Source: Mustelus asterias
Lineage: Eukaryota
Length of the DNA stretch: 64,000 nucleotides
NCBI RefSeq assembly: GCF_964213995.1
Contig: NC_135803.1
Coordinates: forward strand, 26,350,001-26,414,000
Direction of reading: 5' to 3'
The translations under genes were made by a program, and so were the position numbers. The stretch's first letter is position 1; each line of letters opens with the position of its first letter. This document shows positions 35,036 to 49,614 of the stretch, in pieces. The notes beneath the pieces are model-generated. The model did no database searches. It was not told where the DNA came from and worked only from the letters and a program-made list of their open reading frames with translations.

Positions 35036-38000
35036 ACCAATAGGTGAAAGGGATTTAGTGGAAGTTAGAACACTTGCAGCAGAGTTTTGGATGACAGTTC
35101 TACAGATGTCACCAAATGCAGTCTTATGCTCTGGAGCATTTGATTCTGACTACAGAGCTGTCATGATCATTAATGCATATCTGTAGAAAGTTCCAACTAA
35201 GAAACGTTCCCCTGAATATTATTGCTGTTTAGTCTGCCACATCAGGTAAAATCTGGGTTTAAGCGGCATAACCTCCACTGTTGCTGCTTTTTATTTTTTC
35301 ACCATGTATTTGTGATCTGGAACATAGTCCCGATCTCTTGTTCCCTGGAAGGTTGTATCCCAGAGGATACACTGGAGGATCACTTGTAAATCACCATGCA
35401 GGAACTGCACGGGAATTGCCCGGGGAAAGTTTCAACTTCAGTGAGGCAATTGTCCTGCACGTGGAATTCTGACACTCTGATTTAAAGTTGGAAACTCCAA
35501 ATGGTTCCAACTTACTTAGTAGAATCATTCCACAGGAAATGTTGGAAGGCTTAAAACCAACTCCTGGATAACTAGACAACTGACCACACACCCTCTTTCC
35601 TCCCCCCCCCCCCCCCCCCCACCGGACCTCTCCCAGAATCATAGAATCCCTAGAATAGGAGGCCATTTGGCTCATTGCATCTGCACCAATTCTCCAAAAG
35701 AGCACCTCTCTCCTCCACACCCCCAGTAACCCATCCTACCCCTCACCCACTGAATTTACAAACTTATCTTCCCTTCGTGGTGTCAAAAGGGGCCACGGCT
35801 TTGTTACCCCCCAGACAACACTGAAGGACTCCAGCGATGCTCCACATTTCACAACAAGCCTGGGCTGGAAGTCTGGGCGAGAAGCGTGTAGCTCCAGTCT
35901 AAGGTAAGGAAACAAGGGCAAAGTGGCATTCCAACTCAAGATTTGGCCCAATGCTTTGCCTGTATAACCTTGCTCATAACCAACTGAAGATGAGGCAACA
36001 CCTCATCACCCATTTTCATAAAACCTCTGATCCCAAGCACAACAGTGACAAGTGATAATAGGCATTCAAATGGAATTCCCAGTCACTGAATACCATACAT
36101 TACAACAATAGCTACACTGCAAAAATGTCTCCTTGATTCTAAAGTGCCAAGATGTTCAGTGGTCACAAAAGCACTATTTAATACAAGTTTTTTTTCTATA
36201 CTCCTTCAAGGTGCAGAACTGACATTGTTCAAGTTTAAGACAGCCATCTTATGTAAACTGATTCTAATTATTTACTTTTCAAATATAAATAAGCCTTGAC
36301 CAAAGATATTTTTCTCATTTTAAAAATGTAATGCAAGGTATACACCCTGAAATTGTCATATGCTGTACCAAGAGCAAGGTTACGACACTGGGAGGGAAAA
36401 GATGCATTTACTCCCCTGTCCAACTGCTCAGAAACTCATTCCCATTTTCCAAATAGTTAACGTGCAATTAAGATAGCAGAAAGACTGGACTCCTTATTGG
36501 TTATGTTGCTCAATCTCATTTTACAAGCACGCAGAGACTACCACCGTAGTTTACAGAGCTTTTGGTGATAATTCCAACTCTGGGTGATGGCTATGAGAGA
36601 CTGATACCAATGATGTCCTACTCTATCATACTTGTTGATGAAGAGAAAGAGCAACTTCTCCTTTAAGCAGGAGTGAAGACCTCCTGCAGATGGCAGGTGT
36701 GAAACTATTTCACAGATCGTTGTAAAGACGAGGCCACCATCATCAACTGCAGGCAATTTGTCGCGCATCAACAAACTAGTTGTAAGTTATCAAGAAAGTT
36801 TAGGATTAAAACTCTTGCAAGAAAAAAAATCCTTTTTACATTTAAGTGGTTTACCATTTAAAGCATTGAAATTAATATGCAAACACCAAATTTCAAAAAT
36901 TTACAGCATTTTTATGTTTGCAATGTTAATACTTCAGATTTAGGGTAACAATTCGATCATGGATAACAGCATCATACAAACACTTCTTGGTATTGTGTGG
37001 TAATTCATTCTCAGTTAATCACAGCACACTTAACCAAAAATTTCAGACTGAGAACATAAAGTATGCAAAAAAAAAACTTCCAAAAGGTTACACCACACAG
37101 TAAGGAAAAAGAAAAGATGCAGGTAGGGCAATGAGAAGTCAGTAATAGAGGGTTAGATACTTCTCAAATACTTTATTGTCCAATTTTCATAACAACATAG
37201 AACTAATTACAACAGCTCTCCCTGTGTGAGTAAAAAAAAAAAGTCTCTCCTACTTTACTCACAGCTTCTATTATTGCACTAATGTTTATAACGTTACACA
37301 ACTTTCGTCTCCTAATCTGTAAAAGACTTGGTGGGTTCGGGATACAATGGATGGTGTACCAAGATGGTTTCAGCGCAGTACAAAGTAGATCTTGTATAAA
37401 TATTTAATTGCATCTTTGCACCTTCCTAAAGGGTATTGGCCGTACGATGCACTGTCATTGCTCACTACCATGAACACAGGTTCAATACAACTAGATGGTG
37501 CCCACGAGAGTCTGGAAATTCAGATTTAAAAACTCCTTCCAGGATTGCGAAATCACAGTACCAAAATAAAGCAGTTTATTTTCAGAATCATAACCAGAAC
37601 CTCCATCTGCAAGTATCCAGCACTTAAAATGAGAAAAAGATCAATTTCTGACGGAAATACTCAAATCAATGCCTCTCACGCTTCCTAATATAGAAGGAAG
37701 TTTGAATAATTTTTTCACTTACTGATTTGATTTCAAGTCATTGGGACAATTAACTGTCGCAGTGAAATTTATGCTTTGGCCAAAGCAATGAATGTACATA
37801 TTCTAGATTTATTCTGAGTTCAGACTGCAAAGTTTGGGGCAAATTTTGAAAAGGTTTAACTATGGGCGAAAAAAAAGTCAAATACTAAAAATCTGAAATT
37901 TATTTGCAATATTGTTGTAGAGCAGTAGGAGGTTAGCAGTCTACACTCCTCCCCTTCCATGTTTCAAAACTGAGCATTATCCAGAAAAACACTCACCCTC

Positions 38001-38194
38001 AAACACTTGACTCAATTAATTTAAGAATTCCTCCACTTAAATTTCCATCTTTTTGCTTCAAAGAAAAGATGAAATTTTTTAAAAAAGTTCACACTGGTCA
38101 TAAACCAGTTTCCTAAGTTACAAATTCCATGATTTGACCGATCAAAAAACAAAATATTAAATGGAAAACGGAACTATAAAAGTAGGTACAAGAT

Positions 38195-38510
38195 ACAGTG
38201 GTGTAATGGTTGCGTTGTTGAGCAGGTGCTCAAATCCCACCATCACAGTTTGCAAATTTTAATTCATGTTAAAAAAAAGTGATCAGTAAAGTGAGTATGA
38301 AGGTGCCATATTGTCGTTAAAAAGTTACAAACCTGAGGGTTATCAGGCTTGGCCCAAATGTGACTGCAGTCTCATATCAATGTGGTTGACTCAAATGCCT
38401 TCAGTTGCATTATGTCAGCAGTTCATGGAGGCTCACCACAACCTTCTCAGGGCAACTAGAGATGGATGATAGATCCTAACCTTGCCAGCAATGTTCACAA
38501 CCAAACAATT
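38195..38510 (+). mobile_element. Old SINE-like repeat in the presumed SENP5 3' UTR
   Basis: tRNA-like head cagtggtgtaatggtt..caaatcccacc and tail gggcaactagagatgg..ccttgccagcaatg. Confidence 0.5.
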
Positions 38511-39421
38511 AAAAAACAAAAGGTTACGTTGGCAGGACCCAAATCTGCAAACACTTGGGTACCTGATGTTTTAAGGGAAAGAACTTCTATATGGAGATTA
38601 GTCCTTCGGGGCAAAAGATTCAGAGTTAGAAATAAAATACAAAAGAATAATATTTTTCTTCAAGCAGAAAGGGAAAAGGCTTTTCATCAGTATGAAGCGT
38701 GGCAAATACATACACCAACTCAGATCAAATTATAATTATATCACTCTAGCAAATTCATTCCATTATTTTACTAATGAAATGGGGAAGCACAGCCCATTGA
38801 ACGTGAGAGAGAAAAATTCAGGAAAACAAGTCAAAAATATGCTTTAGTTTAAACATGTAAAATTTATAGTACTGATGTCCAGTGTTATCATTGCCTCTGC
38901 CATTCACAGTACTGACCCCAGAGTCACTGCGTTTTCTTGAATGAAACTATTTTCACTTTTAAACATGCTGCAGCTCAACACAATGACCTAATGGTCATTA
39001 AACATCTGTAGAAAAAGTGAAAATCTCCCCAGTGGATATGAAGAGGGGGCTTCTCACTTAATAATACCTGGAACAATTTCTACACTAAGACTTCAGTTTT
39101 CCCCTTAAGTTAATGTAAATTTTACTACTTCCTTTACTTTAGAGGTTCTCAAAATATGCAGACAATAAGGAAGTCTAAATTTATAGTCTACTGCTACATG
39201 CAATTTGTCAGCAACAGGCCAATCGAGCAAAGTTGTGCTTTTATTAAGTCTGAAGGTGCTCAGGCCATGCATGCACCTGGAAAGGAGGTTAGCACTGCCA
39301 CTGTGCCTTCAGTACTTCCTCCCTGCCTTCCACATGGCATGTAACAGTACTGGCCACACCGGTCTCCTGGAATGCAATTTCCTGGCGAGGAGTTTCCATC
39401 AGCAGTTTTTTTCTTGCCAGC

Positions 39422-39532
39422 TCACTCCAAAAGCTTGCACTCGCACAGTTCTCTGTAGATCACCTTTCTTACTTCAGGCATGTCCTTCTGAGAAAATTGA
39501 AAGGGTCTTCCTAGAGCCAGGCACTTGCAGTA
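39422..39532 (-). CDS. SENP5: SUMO-specific protease 5, last coding exon
   Basis: [36 protein letters not shown]; acceptor ttctag. Confidence 0.93.
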   Translation of the reverse strand, partial: YCKCLALGRPFQFSQKDMPEVRKVIYRELCECKLLE

Positions 39533-41327
39533 CTAGAAGGCCAATAGAAATACAGCATCAGCACATTGAAAAGGTTGCAAATTCTTGAAGGAATTGGCGA
39601 GGAGCAGGAGGTGGGAAAACACACCACCACCACCAGTCAATTCAACAGAGAACAGAGGAATCAGGACATGACAGAAAGGAGGAAAGGAAGTATTTATATA
39701 GCACTCTACCACATTTCTCCAAAACAGCTGTATAAATATTACAGTAGGCTAATGCAGCATCCATAATCCAACACTGCAGGAACAGCAATGAAATGAATTA
39801 ACTAATTTCTTTTTTGGTGGTGATGATTGAGGGAGGAACTTTGACAAGAATATTGGAATATGTGCCTGCCATTGCTTCCGTGATATATACCAGCAGAACA
39901 GACTTGATGGTATGATGGTTGTACCGCAGTGTCTAACTTGATTATACACCGGAATGGCTTTGAATCATAATCCTCTGATTCAGTGCTACCAAGCTGACAT
40001 AATGACAAACTGAAATGTACTACTTGGGTTGAGCACACATACCTAAATGATAGTAGGTTAAATGACAGTAGGTTAAATGACAAATAACAAATACAAATGA
40101 CAAATAAAGTACTTATTTGTACTTGCCTATATTAAACCTCAACAATCCATTCAGTCCATTATAGAGAGCGTCTTCTCACTCTTGGCTGAATCTTCCCACT
40201 CGCCCACACATTTCAGGCATTCCAACACCATTTTACACTTTAATCTTTCTTTCCCATTATTTGCCTCAGGTCAAACTTCCAATAACAATCTTGGCTTGGA
40301 AGGAAGTAGGAAGGCAAGTCTATTCCAAGTATCATTTTTTTTTCTACAGTTGTGCAACAAGGGTGAGATGCAGCCAAACCAAAACACCTCAACACAATCT
40401 GACACTGAGGCAGTAACCTGCAATTGTCAACATAATCAACCCAAGTCACGTTTACTACAGAAGGTTTAAAACAAAGTAAAATCAAGGCTATTAGAGTTAA
40501 GAAATCCTTAGCCGTGGTCCATTATTAAAGTCATTTATTTCAGGTCACCCAAGTTTCTTAGGATGTTTTAGTTGTCTCAGGAAGTCCTTAGGAATGCTCA
40601 ACAATGGCCTGGATGTGTTCTATTGGACATGTTCACTCCAGTGATACGATTAGGTAAATTCTGCCTCTTTGCTCTTTCAACAAAAAGATCTTTAAGAAGT
40701 CAGCCAGAAGTTAAATGCTACTTAATGTGGATTCGGAGAAAATTGAGATACTGAAGAGAAACATATTGTTCGTTTAAAGAATACTTGGCAGAAATCAATG
40801 CCAAAGACAAAGAGAGTATAATCAGATTATAATAACATGCCTTACGAGCGGGTGCGATGGGGAATTCAGTTGGAACGTATTTTAAAAGCTATAAATTTAT
40901 GGGTTCATTGAAGTGTGCATTTTACTAGGATAACAATAGTATCTTGCTATTTTAGCAGCGTAACCACAAACTATGGCGATTCTTCAGCAAAGTTAAGGTT
41001 CGGAAAAACTATAAATGGCAGCTTCAGAGTCCAGTTTCTGGCGCTTAATTTCCTCTTGAATGTTTGCATGGGAAATGTTTAACTCACCATCTAATTAATA
41101 AAAAATACGCAGGCTTATTGTATACAAAAAGAATAATAAAAGCTTAATGTTTCAGAACTTAGTGACCACTTGCATCTCTTTTCAGGTGCTGATATTTTCA
41201 GCATTTTATATCAGTATTAACTGATTTAAAACATTTGCAGTTTAAAAATAAATTGACAACGAAATGGCATTAAAATATTTCCTGGCACTGCAAAGCCTAT
41301 AGAATCAATATTATGACCAAAGGTGGA

Positions 41328-41620
41328 CCCGAGTTCGAATCCTGGCTTGGGTGAGTGTGTGTGTGGACCTTGCACATTCTCCCCGTGTCTGCGTGGGTTT
41401 CCTCCGGGTGCTCCGGTTTCCTCCCACAGTCCAAAGATGTGCGGATTAGGCGCAATGGCCATACTAAATTGCCCCTTAGTGTTCTAGAATGCGTGAGGGA
41501 TTAGCGGGATAAATATGTGGGGTTATGGGGATAGGACCTGGGTGCAATTGTTGTCGGTGCAGACTCGATGGGCCGAATGGCCTCTTTCTGCACTGTAGGG
41601 ATTCTATGATCTATGATTTC
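41328..41620 (+). mobile_element. 5'-truncated tRNA-derived SINE (HE1-like)
   Basis: B-box-like GAGTTCGAATCC, shared body, tail ATTCTATGATCTATGATTTCT. Confidence 0.85.
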
Positions 41621-41891
41621 TCCTGTGAAGGTAGTAATTGTTGATGGGCTGCAGTTTCATTTGGGCCCTTGGCCCTCAAACATTCTAAAAACAATTAATA
41701 AATTGAGGATTGAATCTATTTGCAGTTTTGTTCCTGATATGTATCTAGTCTGCTTTGCCTTCAGAGGTTTCAATTGCTGCGAGCTAGGAACCATTTTCAG
41801 CCTTCATAGGTGATTTGAATATTTTATTAGTCACCAAGCTTCACAACCACTTTACACAATTAGATCAGGGAAAATGAGAAGTTGTCCTTAC

Positions 41892-41942
41892 CTGAAGAAC
41901 AAACACACCACAGTCACTATCATTTTTCTGTTGAGGAATACA
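41892..41942 (-). CDS. SENP5: SENP5 exon with the catalytic Cys
   Basis: CIPQQKNDSDCGVFVLQ; tag| acceptor and |GTAAGG donor. Confidence 0.93.
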
Positions 41943-42561
41943 CTATGGGAAGAGAGAACAACACAGGCATCAAGTACAATATACACGCATTTCAAAGCAA
42001 CACGTGCAATTTAAAAAAAAATTAACCCTTCCTCTCAATGTCTTCCACGGACTATCATCATGTCCATGGGGAAAAGCAGCGATATCACAGACAACCCAAA
42101 TCCTTTCCTCAAAATCAGATCCACACACATGCACTGCCTCGGCAGACTTGCATACCAACCACTTTTGTCCCTCATGCTGCAGCAATCTAATTACCAGCCT
42201 GAGGTCAGTACAAGGACTAAACATCTGCTCAGTCTGTTTTAGTATGTGTTACTGGAGGAAGCCAGTCTGTTATGAGGAAAAAGTAGTTGCAACTTATTTT
42301 CATATGAATGAGATTATGCAAAATGTACGTTAAACAATCTAATGTGTGCAAGTAGGAACAAATATAAAATTTGTTAGCTTTTATGCAGAATTGAAACCAC
42401 CTCAACCTCAAACAACAGCAACATAAAGGCAGAATACTTTAAACTTTTGTTTTTATAAAGCACATATACAATTTATAGCTACATCTGTAGCAATCAGCTA
42501 GTTGCAGTCTGGAGCCTACCGTAAATTTAACCTCAAGCAAGTTAATCTGCCTGAACCTTAC

Positions 42562-42645
42562 CGTCGTGGCAAAAGCTTTCCACCCTTCCAGGAATGCAGG
42601 AAGATTCCTCTCACCAGCTTCTGTCTTTAAATACCTCAGAATGTT
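42562..42645 (-). CDS. SENP5: SENP5 coding exon
   Basis: NILRYLKTEAGERNLPAFLEGWKAFATT; cag| acceptor and |GTAAGG donor. Confidence 0.9.
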
Positions 42646-45499
42646 CTGTGAACCAGAAAAGTTGGGCAAATCAGACATACAGCAAGAAACAAGCAAAAAC
42701 ATGCACCAATTTGAAACTGCTCCAAGTTACTTTGTTGGAATGGGAGGGTGGGGACTGGACTCAAAATGTATACACACCATGCCTTTTTGCCCCTCATTAA
42801 TTTTAATTCCTCCCTGAACGGATTTACATCTGGAGTATGTTTCCATAAGTGTCAGTTATCCTCCAGCACATTACCTCAGTCAGCTAGGGTAATATAGTTG
42901 CACTCTTAGTACAATTTTCCATTACAAAGGCATAAAAACACCGACATCAACCTTCCTTGAATCTGAGTTTTGCACCCCACAACAGTTCCTAGAGTATGTA
43001 TTTCAATTACATGTTTCAAGAGCAACATCACGGTCTATGGATGTGCTGCAAATTCAAAGACAAGAGGTTTCAACAAGATTATAAGATGCCGTGATCTAGC
43101 ATCAAACCATGTTAGCGGTGGTTCTTTATCAGGATTCCTCAAATATCAAGTTGTTAGTCTTGGCCAAGGCATCATGGAAGCTGGCAAATGGAAGGTGAAG
43201 TGATTGCATAGAGGCAGGAAGGTTTACATTTAAGTACACATATATTCACTTGTTAACAATTATATTCTAGGTTGCTCTTGCTCATTGTAGCTGATAGAAC
43301 ACAGAGAAACATGTGGTCTTCTGACCACCTCCTAACTATGAAGTGAAGGCACTTAAGCAAAATGTCACTAAAAAATAAACTGTAGTAAGTACTTTTAACG
43401 AACCTACTAAATTCTGCATAAGCCAACGTTCAATAGTCAACAATTTTCTTACTAGAAAAGGACTTTCCTCCAATAACATTTCAAAGACTTGGAGTATCGC
43501 TGTTCAGGATTATTTCACTGGGTTGATTTCACAACTCAATCCACTTTTTAAATTGGAATAACCGTGCACCAATAATTTATCAAAATCCTTGCAAGCAAGA
43601 ATTTATCACCTAAATGCCCATTGGTAGCATCAAAAAATCTCCTGCTGCTCACCTGATTTTATTTTTTGGACACGTGCTCGACATTTGGCCCGTCATCTTC
43701 AGAGCCCCATTAGTTCCTTTACACCACTTCCTGTTTTGGGAATAACCAACCAAAAAGCTGGAGTGTTTTTTAGACTTGGACATTAATTGCATTTTCTCAC
43801 GCTTATTGGGTGTTGAGAATTCTTATACAGGGATCAGGGAGACCTCACCCCCTTATTCCACATTAACTGCCTAACTCAGGGTAACTAAGCCATGAGATGA
43901 GACAAGTCTTTCCCTTTCTCTGCTTTTTTTTCCACTCGTTTCTGCATCTATTATTCTTCCCTTTCTTATTCTACCATCAAAAACATTGTCCTCTCATTTA
44001 TGACTCCCCTTCTTCTACTTTGGGCACCGAGATCTGCTGCTCTAAGATTTAATACTTTATTTCTTTTTGGAATTGGCGGTCATCACAATCCAAATGGAGC
44101 AAGAATGACATAACTAACATCAGAAACTGAAAATTAAGAATATAGCCTCAACTAGATGTTCTAACTGATTCTCGGTACTTGCTGATACTGGACCGGCCCA
44201 CCTGGCTGCACTTTGCCATTTTCCCAGGTTTCTACAAAGAAACAAAACTACGAACCATAGCATGAATTCTGCCAACAGCACATCAGCCATGATCAAAATG
44301 AATGGCAGAGCAGGCTCGAAGGGCCGAATGGCTTACTCCTGCTTCTAGTTTCTATGTTTCTATATTAAAAAAGGGGAAAGTAGCCTAGGGTAGCTGTGCA
44401 ACATAGATCAGGTGCCTATCTGAGGAAATACTTGTGCATACATGTTAAGTGACGTTCCTGCCCGAGAAGGATGACATAAAGCCGACACAAAGGCAGTGCA
44501 TTTGCGACTTACTCCAGGAAATGATGCAAAGGAACTTCCTGTGCATATTTAAAAGGTAGTTTTAAACCCCTCCCCAGTTCATACTTCAGCAGACAATGTT
44601 TGCACGCTGTGTCTTATATGGTTAGACAGCATCCTCCATATTAAACAGTTGTTGATTAAAAAATACAACATTAAATAGTTCATGAGCAACACACTGAAAA
44701 CTGGGCGACGCTTATTGTTCTTGCTGACAGTCTGTTTGAATCCAGTTTCAAGTTATGAAATACAGAATTCTCCGCCCACGTGCAAGTGAAACGAACATGG
44801 CAGCAGTCATCTAGTTCTGAATCGTTGTTCATTCACACTGCATAACCAAGCACAAATTAGAGGAGAGAAGGGTAATGGTTTGGCAAATCAGTGCCCTTTT
44901 AGTTCAGGATTAGGGCACATTTCTGATGGTCCTGATTTGCATTCAACCTGTGCTCAATTTTACTTTGACATGATGGATGGAAACATCAGGGATACTAAAT
45001 TTCTCCATTCCTCAGTTAAGAGCCTTCACTCGAGGATAACAAAAATCATTGTCTTCAGATAAAGAGTGAAACAATCAGTACTCTCTCAAAAGTGTAATCA
45101 GAAAGTTACTGGGGTGAATTACGGATGCACATGCTGTTCACCTCTGGAGTGTTGATGAGTGGACAGAACTCAGATGCAACACTATACTGAATGATCAGTT
45201 TCTGTGCCATCTATCCTGTGGTGTATCCTATGTAATATTGCCTCATTGCCAAGTAAATGTACCTTCTCCTTTCTCTAGTCTAGTAACTTCTGTTCTATTT
45301 GGGAGAGATCACCTTCCCCTAATGCTGCCATTTGAACCCTCATGCTCCATCCTCTTATGAATTCACAACACTAAGTACTGTTATGTTTTGTCACACTGGA
45401 TCAGGTCTTCAGGTTAATGGAGCAATCAAACTGAACATTAAAACAAAGGTACCTATGACACTTGAAAAAAATTACCTAATGTTTTTTTAAAAAAATGAA

Positions 45500-45850
45500 A
45501 AACTCCCACAAAGAGCAATGTGATTTTGAGCAAGTAATTTGTTTCTGGGATTGAGTGATAAATACTGGCCAGGACATGGATGATAATGACACTGGTTTTC
45601 TTCTAAATAGTGCCATAAATAATGACATCAGATCTTTTGCAACCACGCGAGACAGTAGTATAGCCTTGGTTCAACGTCTCATTTGAAAGATGGACAGAAC
45701 ATAGGCCACTGAGCCAAGGCTCGGACAGTAATTCACTCCCTTAGCACTGCACTAGAACGTCAGCCCTGATTTTTGTGCTCGAGTGGGACTTGAACCCACA
45801 ACCTTCTAACGCAGAGGCAAGTGTGCTAGTAAGTGAGCTATTGCTAACCC
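45500..45850 (-). mobile_element. Deu-domain-type SINE (AmnSINE/SacSINE-like)
   Basis: ataaatactggccagga..aaatagtgcca..aacgtctcatttgaaagatgg..cactccctta..gagtgggacttgaacccac. Confidence 0.7.
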
Positions 45851-46827
45851 TGTCATTAATATGAACCATTACATTGCAAACTGTGTTCACTGACTGAATA
45901 AATAAGGACTGTGACATTTAATTATTGTTGCAGTATAGAGTTGGGTCCAGGAATCACTAGTTTGTTGGGTTACTACCGGTACATTTAATAAAGCAATGAC
46001 AACGATTGACCAATAAATGGATTCACACATTAAACTATCCAACAGAGCCTTGCTCTTAGACAGAATCTTCCTATGGAGCTGTATATGCAAACAGCACAAA
46101 CATAGATTTTATCTTTATTTATTTGGTGTTAATCTGTTGTTTAGTGGCTCTTATATGGCACTTACTACAAGGGTACACAAGTTTATTAAATTGTATACTG
46201 CATTGTCTGACAATATCCCACAACTCGAGACAAATTTATTTTAAAACACCGCAGGAAGAAGTTTACATTCCGGTTGTGAATATGAAACGCTCATACGTAA
46301 ACTGCAGGTACCTACTTTCTGTATCCAAATATCTGAAAAGAGCTTTACCATCAAGTCAGAAACTGAACGAAAATAGCACTGGGAATAACACAAAACAATG
46401 GGCTTGTTTTCAACTTAGAAGAAACTTGTGGAGAATGGCTACTCTGGGAAATGAAATGCTGTGCAAGAGGAAAGGTTCGATTCCTTGCCTGCACTGAATT
46501 AACTGCTCACATTGGGAATGCTACAACTGCCCTCGCCATCCCTGGACTAGAAAGGAAAGAGAAAGAAACAAAAGATCAGGCAGGATTCCTCCTTGACATC
46601 CAGTAACTTGAAATGGGCACACGAGTGGAGGATCAAGCTCCCTACTTTGAACGATCTACTACTATTCACTGCAGAGACTTACACATGAAAACACCTGTCA
46701 TTCAGGAGGCCTTCTATCAGTACTCATGGAACCATATTTCAGCTGGTCACTGCCTTCAAGAAAGGACAACAAAAAGGGAAGGTTTAAAACAAAAAGTGAC
46801 CACAAATAACTCAAATGATCGCCTTAC

Positions 46828-46965
46828 CTGAACACAAGAATTAAAATGGATGCCTTGAGAATCATAGAGACAAATTTTCCTATTTGGAAGATCAACTGTT
46901 AGCAATGACCAATGGATTTCCAAATGAATAGGGATTAGTAACAGGGCTTTGCTGAATAAATCCAC
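46828..46965 (-). CDS. SENP5: SENP5 exon with the catalytic His and Asp
   Basis: VDLFSKALLLIPIHLEIHWSLLTVDLPNRKICLYDSQGIHFNSCVQ. Confidence 0.95.
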
Positions 46966-47464
46966 CTAGACAGAAATACAAGAAGAAACACTTCTGGTCA
47001 GGCAGACAAATGGTCTGAAGAAAACAAGAACCTGCAGCTTGATTATCGATTAAGAGGTTTGGAACCAAGTGTACGCGAAAGCAGAGGCGATGCAGAACAA
47101 CACAACAAAAATGGTTACGGGGGTTCTATCACTGGTTTTGGAATGGGAGAGAAAAAGACAACTGTTAAGGTTCCTCTTAAAATTATGAACTGGAAATGAG
47201 AGGTTTTGTAGTGTAGAACTGGGGGATATGCTTAGAAGCTGACCTCTTTTTAGGGCAAACTAAATAAACAAACTCAGATTAATGAATTTGATTGACACGC
47301 ATTTTTAACATATCCTGTCTATTCCGATGTACTTTGTCTGCTTTAGCACGTTGATCAAAGGAGGCAATCTTAATGCCATTTTGGTCCACTTTGTGGTAAT
47401 TTCCATTTACGGGATAGCAACCACAAAATTTGAAACCTTTGATTTATTCCTGTCGAATTTTATA

Positions 47465-47745
47465 CGTTCATAAGATTATAGGAGCAGAATTAGGCCGTTC
47501 GGCCCATCGACTCTGCTCTGCCCTTCGGCCGTGGCTGATATGCTTCCCATCCCCATTATCCTTCAACCCATTACCAATTAAAAATCTGTAACTTCTTAAA
47601 TTTACTCACTGTCCCAGCATCCACCGCACTTTGGGGCAGCGAATTCCACAGATTCACAACCTTTTGGGAGAAGTAGTTCCTCCTCAACTCTGTTTTAAAT
47701 TTGCTACCCCTTATCCTAAGACTATGACCTCTCGTCCTAGTGCAG
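47465..47745 (-). mobile_element. CR1 LINE 3'-end fragment
   Basis: TRTRGHSLRIRGSKFKTELRRNYFSQKVVNLWNSLPQSAVDAG is a CR1 ORF2 C-terminus. Confidence 0.85.
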
Positions 47746-48329
47746 TGCATGAGTGAGAGAGAACAGGTCAAGTCCAAAATAAAGGAATATCCACGATTAG
47801 ACTGTTTAAAAATCTGTATATATTAGTTAAACATCTTTCAGGTTGGTTATTACAATACGGAAGTCTGTAACAATGTGCTGAGTTATGCTCAAGGTTCATC
47901 CTTTTAAATACACATATCTAGAAGGATCTAAACCAAAAAGGGCAAAATTCTCTTTAAAGCAATTTGGCTGAAAAACATGGGAGTGCTAGTTCAGATTAAC
48001 TATGCAAACAACTTGGCAGGGGTTGTCAGTTTTAGTACAGGGGTTGGTTTGGGTCAGAGCAATCACCTATTTTTGAATGCGACAGGAGGCTTTCTAGTCT
48101 GATGTAAAGACATGCTTCCACAGGGACTGGTCAAGTCAGTCACACATGTGGAAGACAAAAGCTTTATGCAGAACTGTGCAGTAGACAACATTATAATTTG
48201 GAAGGAAAGGTACGGCGCACCCCATGGTATTCACCACCACATCAATAGCTTCCACAACAATTCCTAAAATATGCTGGACTTGTAAAAATCCTGCTGCTTG
48301 TCACAATGCACTCTCTCTCAATGACTCAC

Positions 48330-48407
48330 CTTTTTTGTCCACCGCTTCACTCCATTGTATCCTTTAGTTTGAAGTTGCTTGTAAAAGAAGCTATTGAAGA
48401 AGTGAAC
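48330..48407 (-). CDS. SENP5: SENP5 coding exon
   Basis: VHFFNSFFYKQLQTKGYNGVKRWTKK; cag| acceptor and |GTGAGT donor. Confidence 0.93.
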
Positions 48408-49121
48408 CTGGAAAGGGGAAGCAGCAAAATGAATGAAGCAGAAACCTGTTTAACACTAGGCATTTTTGCTTCGTTGTCCTGCCATCTGGAATTTACATAT
48501 ATGATAAAATGCCCGCTTTTTGTCAGATTTATGGCCCCTACTCCCCCCGATGGCATTAATAACTGCCAGATTAAAGTTCAATACAGATGCCAACCACCAT
48601 CACTTCAGTGGGCATTTTTCACAAGTGAGTATTGGCCAACTACTTGTCTGCTTCACAGCTGAGCCTGATCCCATTCCACACATGGAACTCCAGCAGCGAT
48701 TGCTGGATTGCAATCATGGGAGGCAAACAGGTTGATTTTCCCACATTTTAACCAGGGGCACTGAAGCACCAGTGCTGTCCCTCCAGATGAGATCACCTAA
48801 TTGAGAACTACGGATTAGACTTGATGCTTCCTGTTATGCACAGACCAGCAATTCATTACTTTAAACAGCTGAGGGTGGTGTCTTTTCTCTAAAAGTTCCA
48901 CCCCCCGCCATGATTCCCAATCAATCAGGAAGGTAAGCTATTCCCTGGGCATTTTTGGTACTTTCTGGAGGTAAATGAGCTGGCCAACTTGCAACACTTT
49001 AGTTTGTTACAATTGAAAGACATGAACACCAAGGAATTCTGTACCAAACGGTGAGGCACACTATCAAAACTATAATAATGTATCTTCTACCAAAGGTCAG
49101 CCTTTGGTATTATAAACTCAC

Positions 49122-49169
49122 CTTATCCGGTACTGCATCTACAATCAGTTCTCCGTACATGTTTATTAC
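49122..49169 (-). CDS. SENP5: SENP5 coding exon
   Basis: VINMYGELIVDAVPDK; cag| acceptor and |GTGAGT donor. Confidence 0.92.
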
Positions 49170-49466
49170 CTGCAAGGAAACCAGACAGTTAATTATTTGT
49201 TCACTAGTACAGACTGCATTCAGCTAAGGTGATGCCTCCATTCAATAACGTAGAAAATGCAGTGGAGATTATAAAATTATACACGGTGGATGGTGGCTAC
49301 TACAAGGTTCTAACCTTTTAATCTAAAAATAACTTAATTTTCGATGTTTACACCCCAACCTCACTAACAATAAAACAAGTTGTTACTTTGCTGAGGTACA
49401 CGTGACCCTCCCAAGGATCTATTACAGTTGTAAACATTTCTGGCACAACTTGTCCCCTTGTCTGAC

Positions 49467-49614
49467 CTGATCGTTCAACCAGTTCTCTCCATAAAGCGTA
49501 GCCAGGTCATCCAAAGTCAAAACATGCTTGTTGTAAACCACTTGGAAACTGGACACTGGTTTGTTCACCTGCGCTTTCTGATACTTTCGTATTTCCATTC
49601 GGATGAAGACCTTC
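49467..49614 (-). CDS. SENP5: SENP5 coding exon (start of the peptidase C48 domain)
   Basis: KVFIRMEIRKYQ..YNKHVLTLDDLATLYGENWLNDQ; phase consistent with neighbouring exons. Confidence 0.93.

Noticed and set aside
40046-40110. Short 15-bp tandem (aaatgacagtaggtt) and aaatgacaaat repeats
   Set aside because: Simple slippage repeat with no spacers; not a CRISPR-like array.
44490-44650. Possible cryptic SENP5 exon (minus-strand GTAAGT donor near 44510)
   Set aside because: No clear acceptor or coding similarity, and the flanking exons already join in frame.
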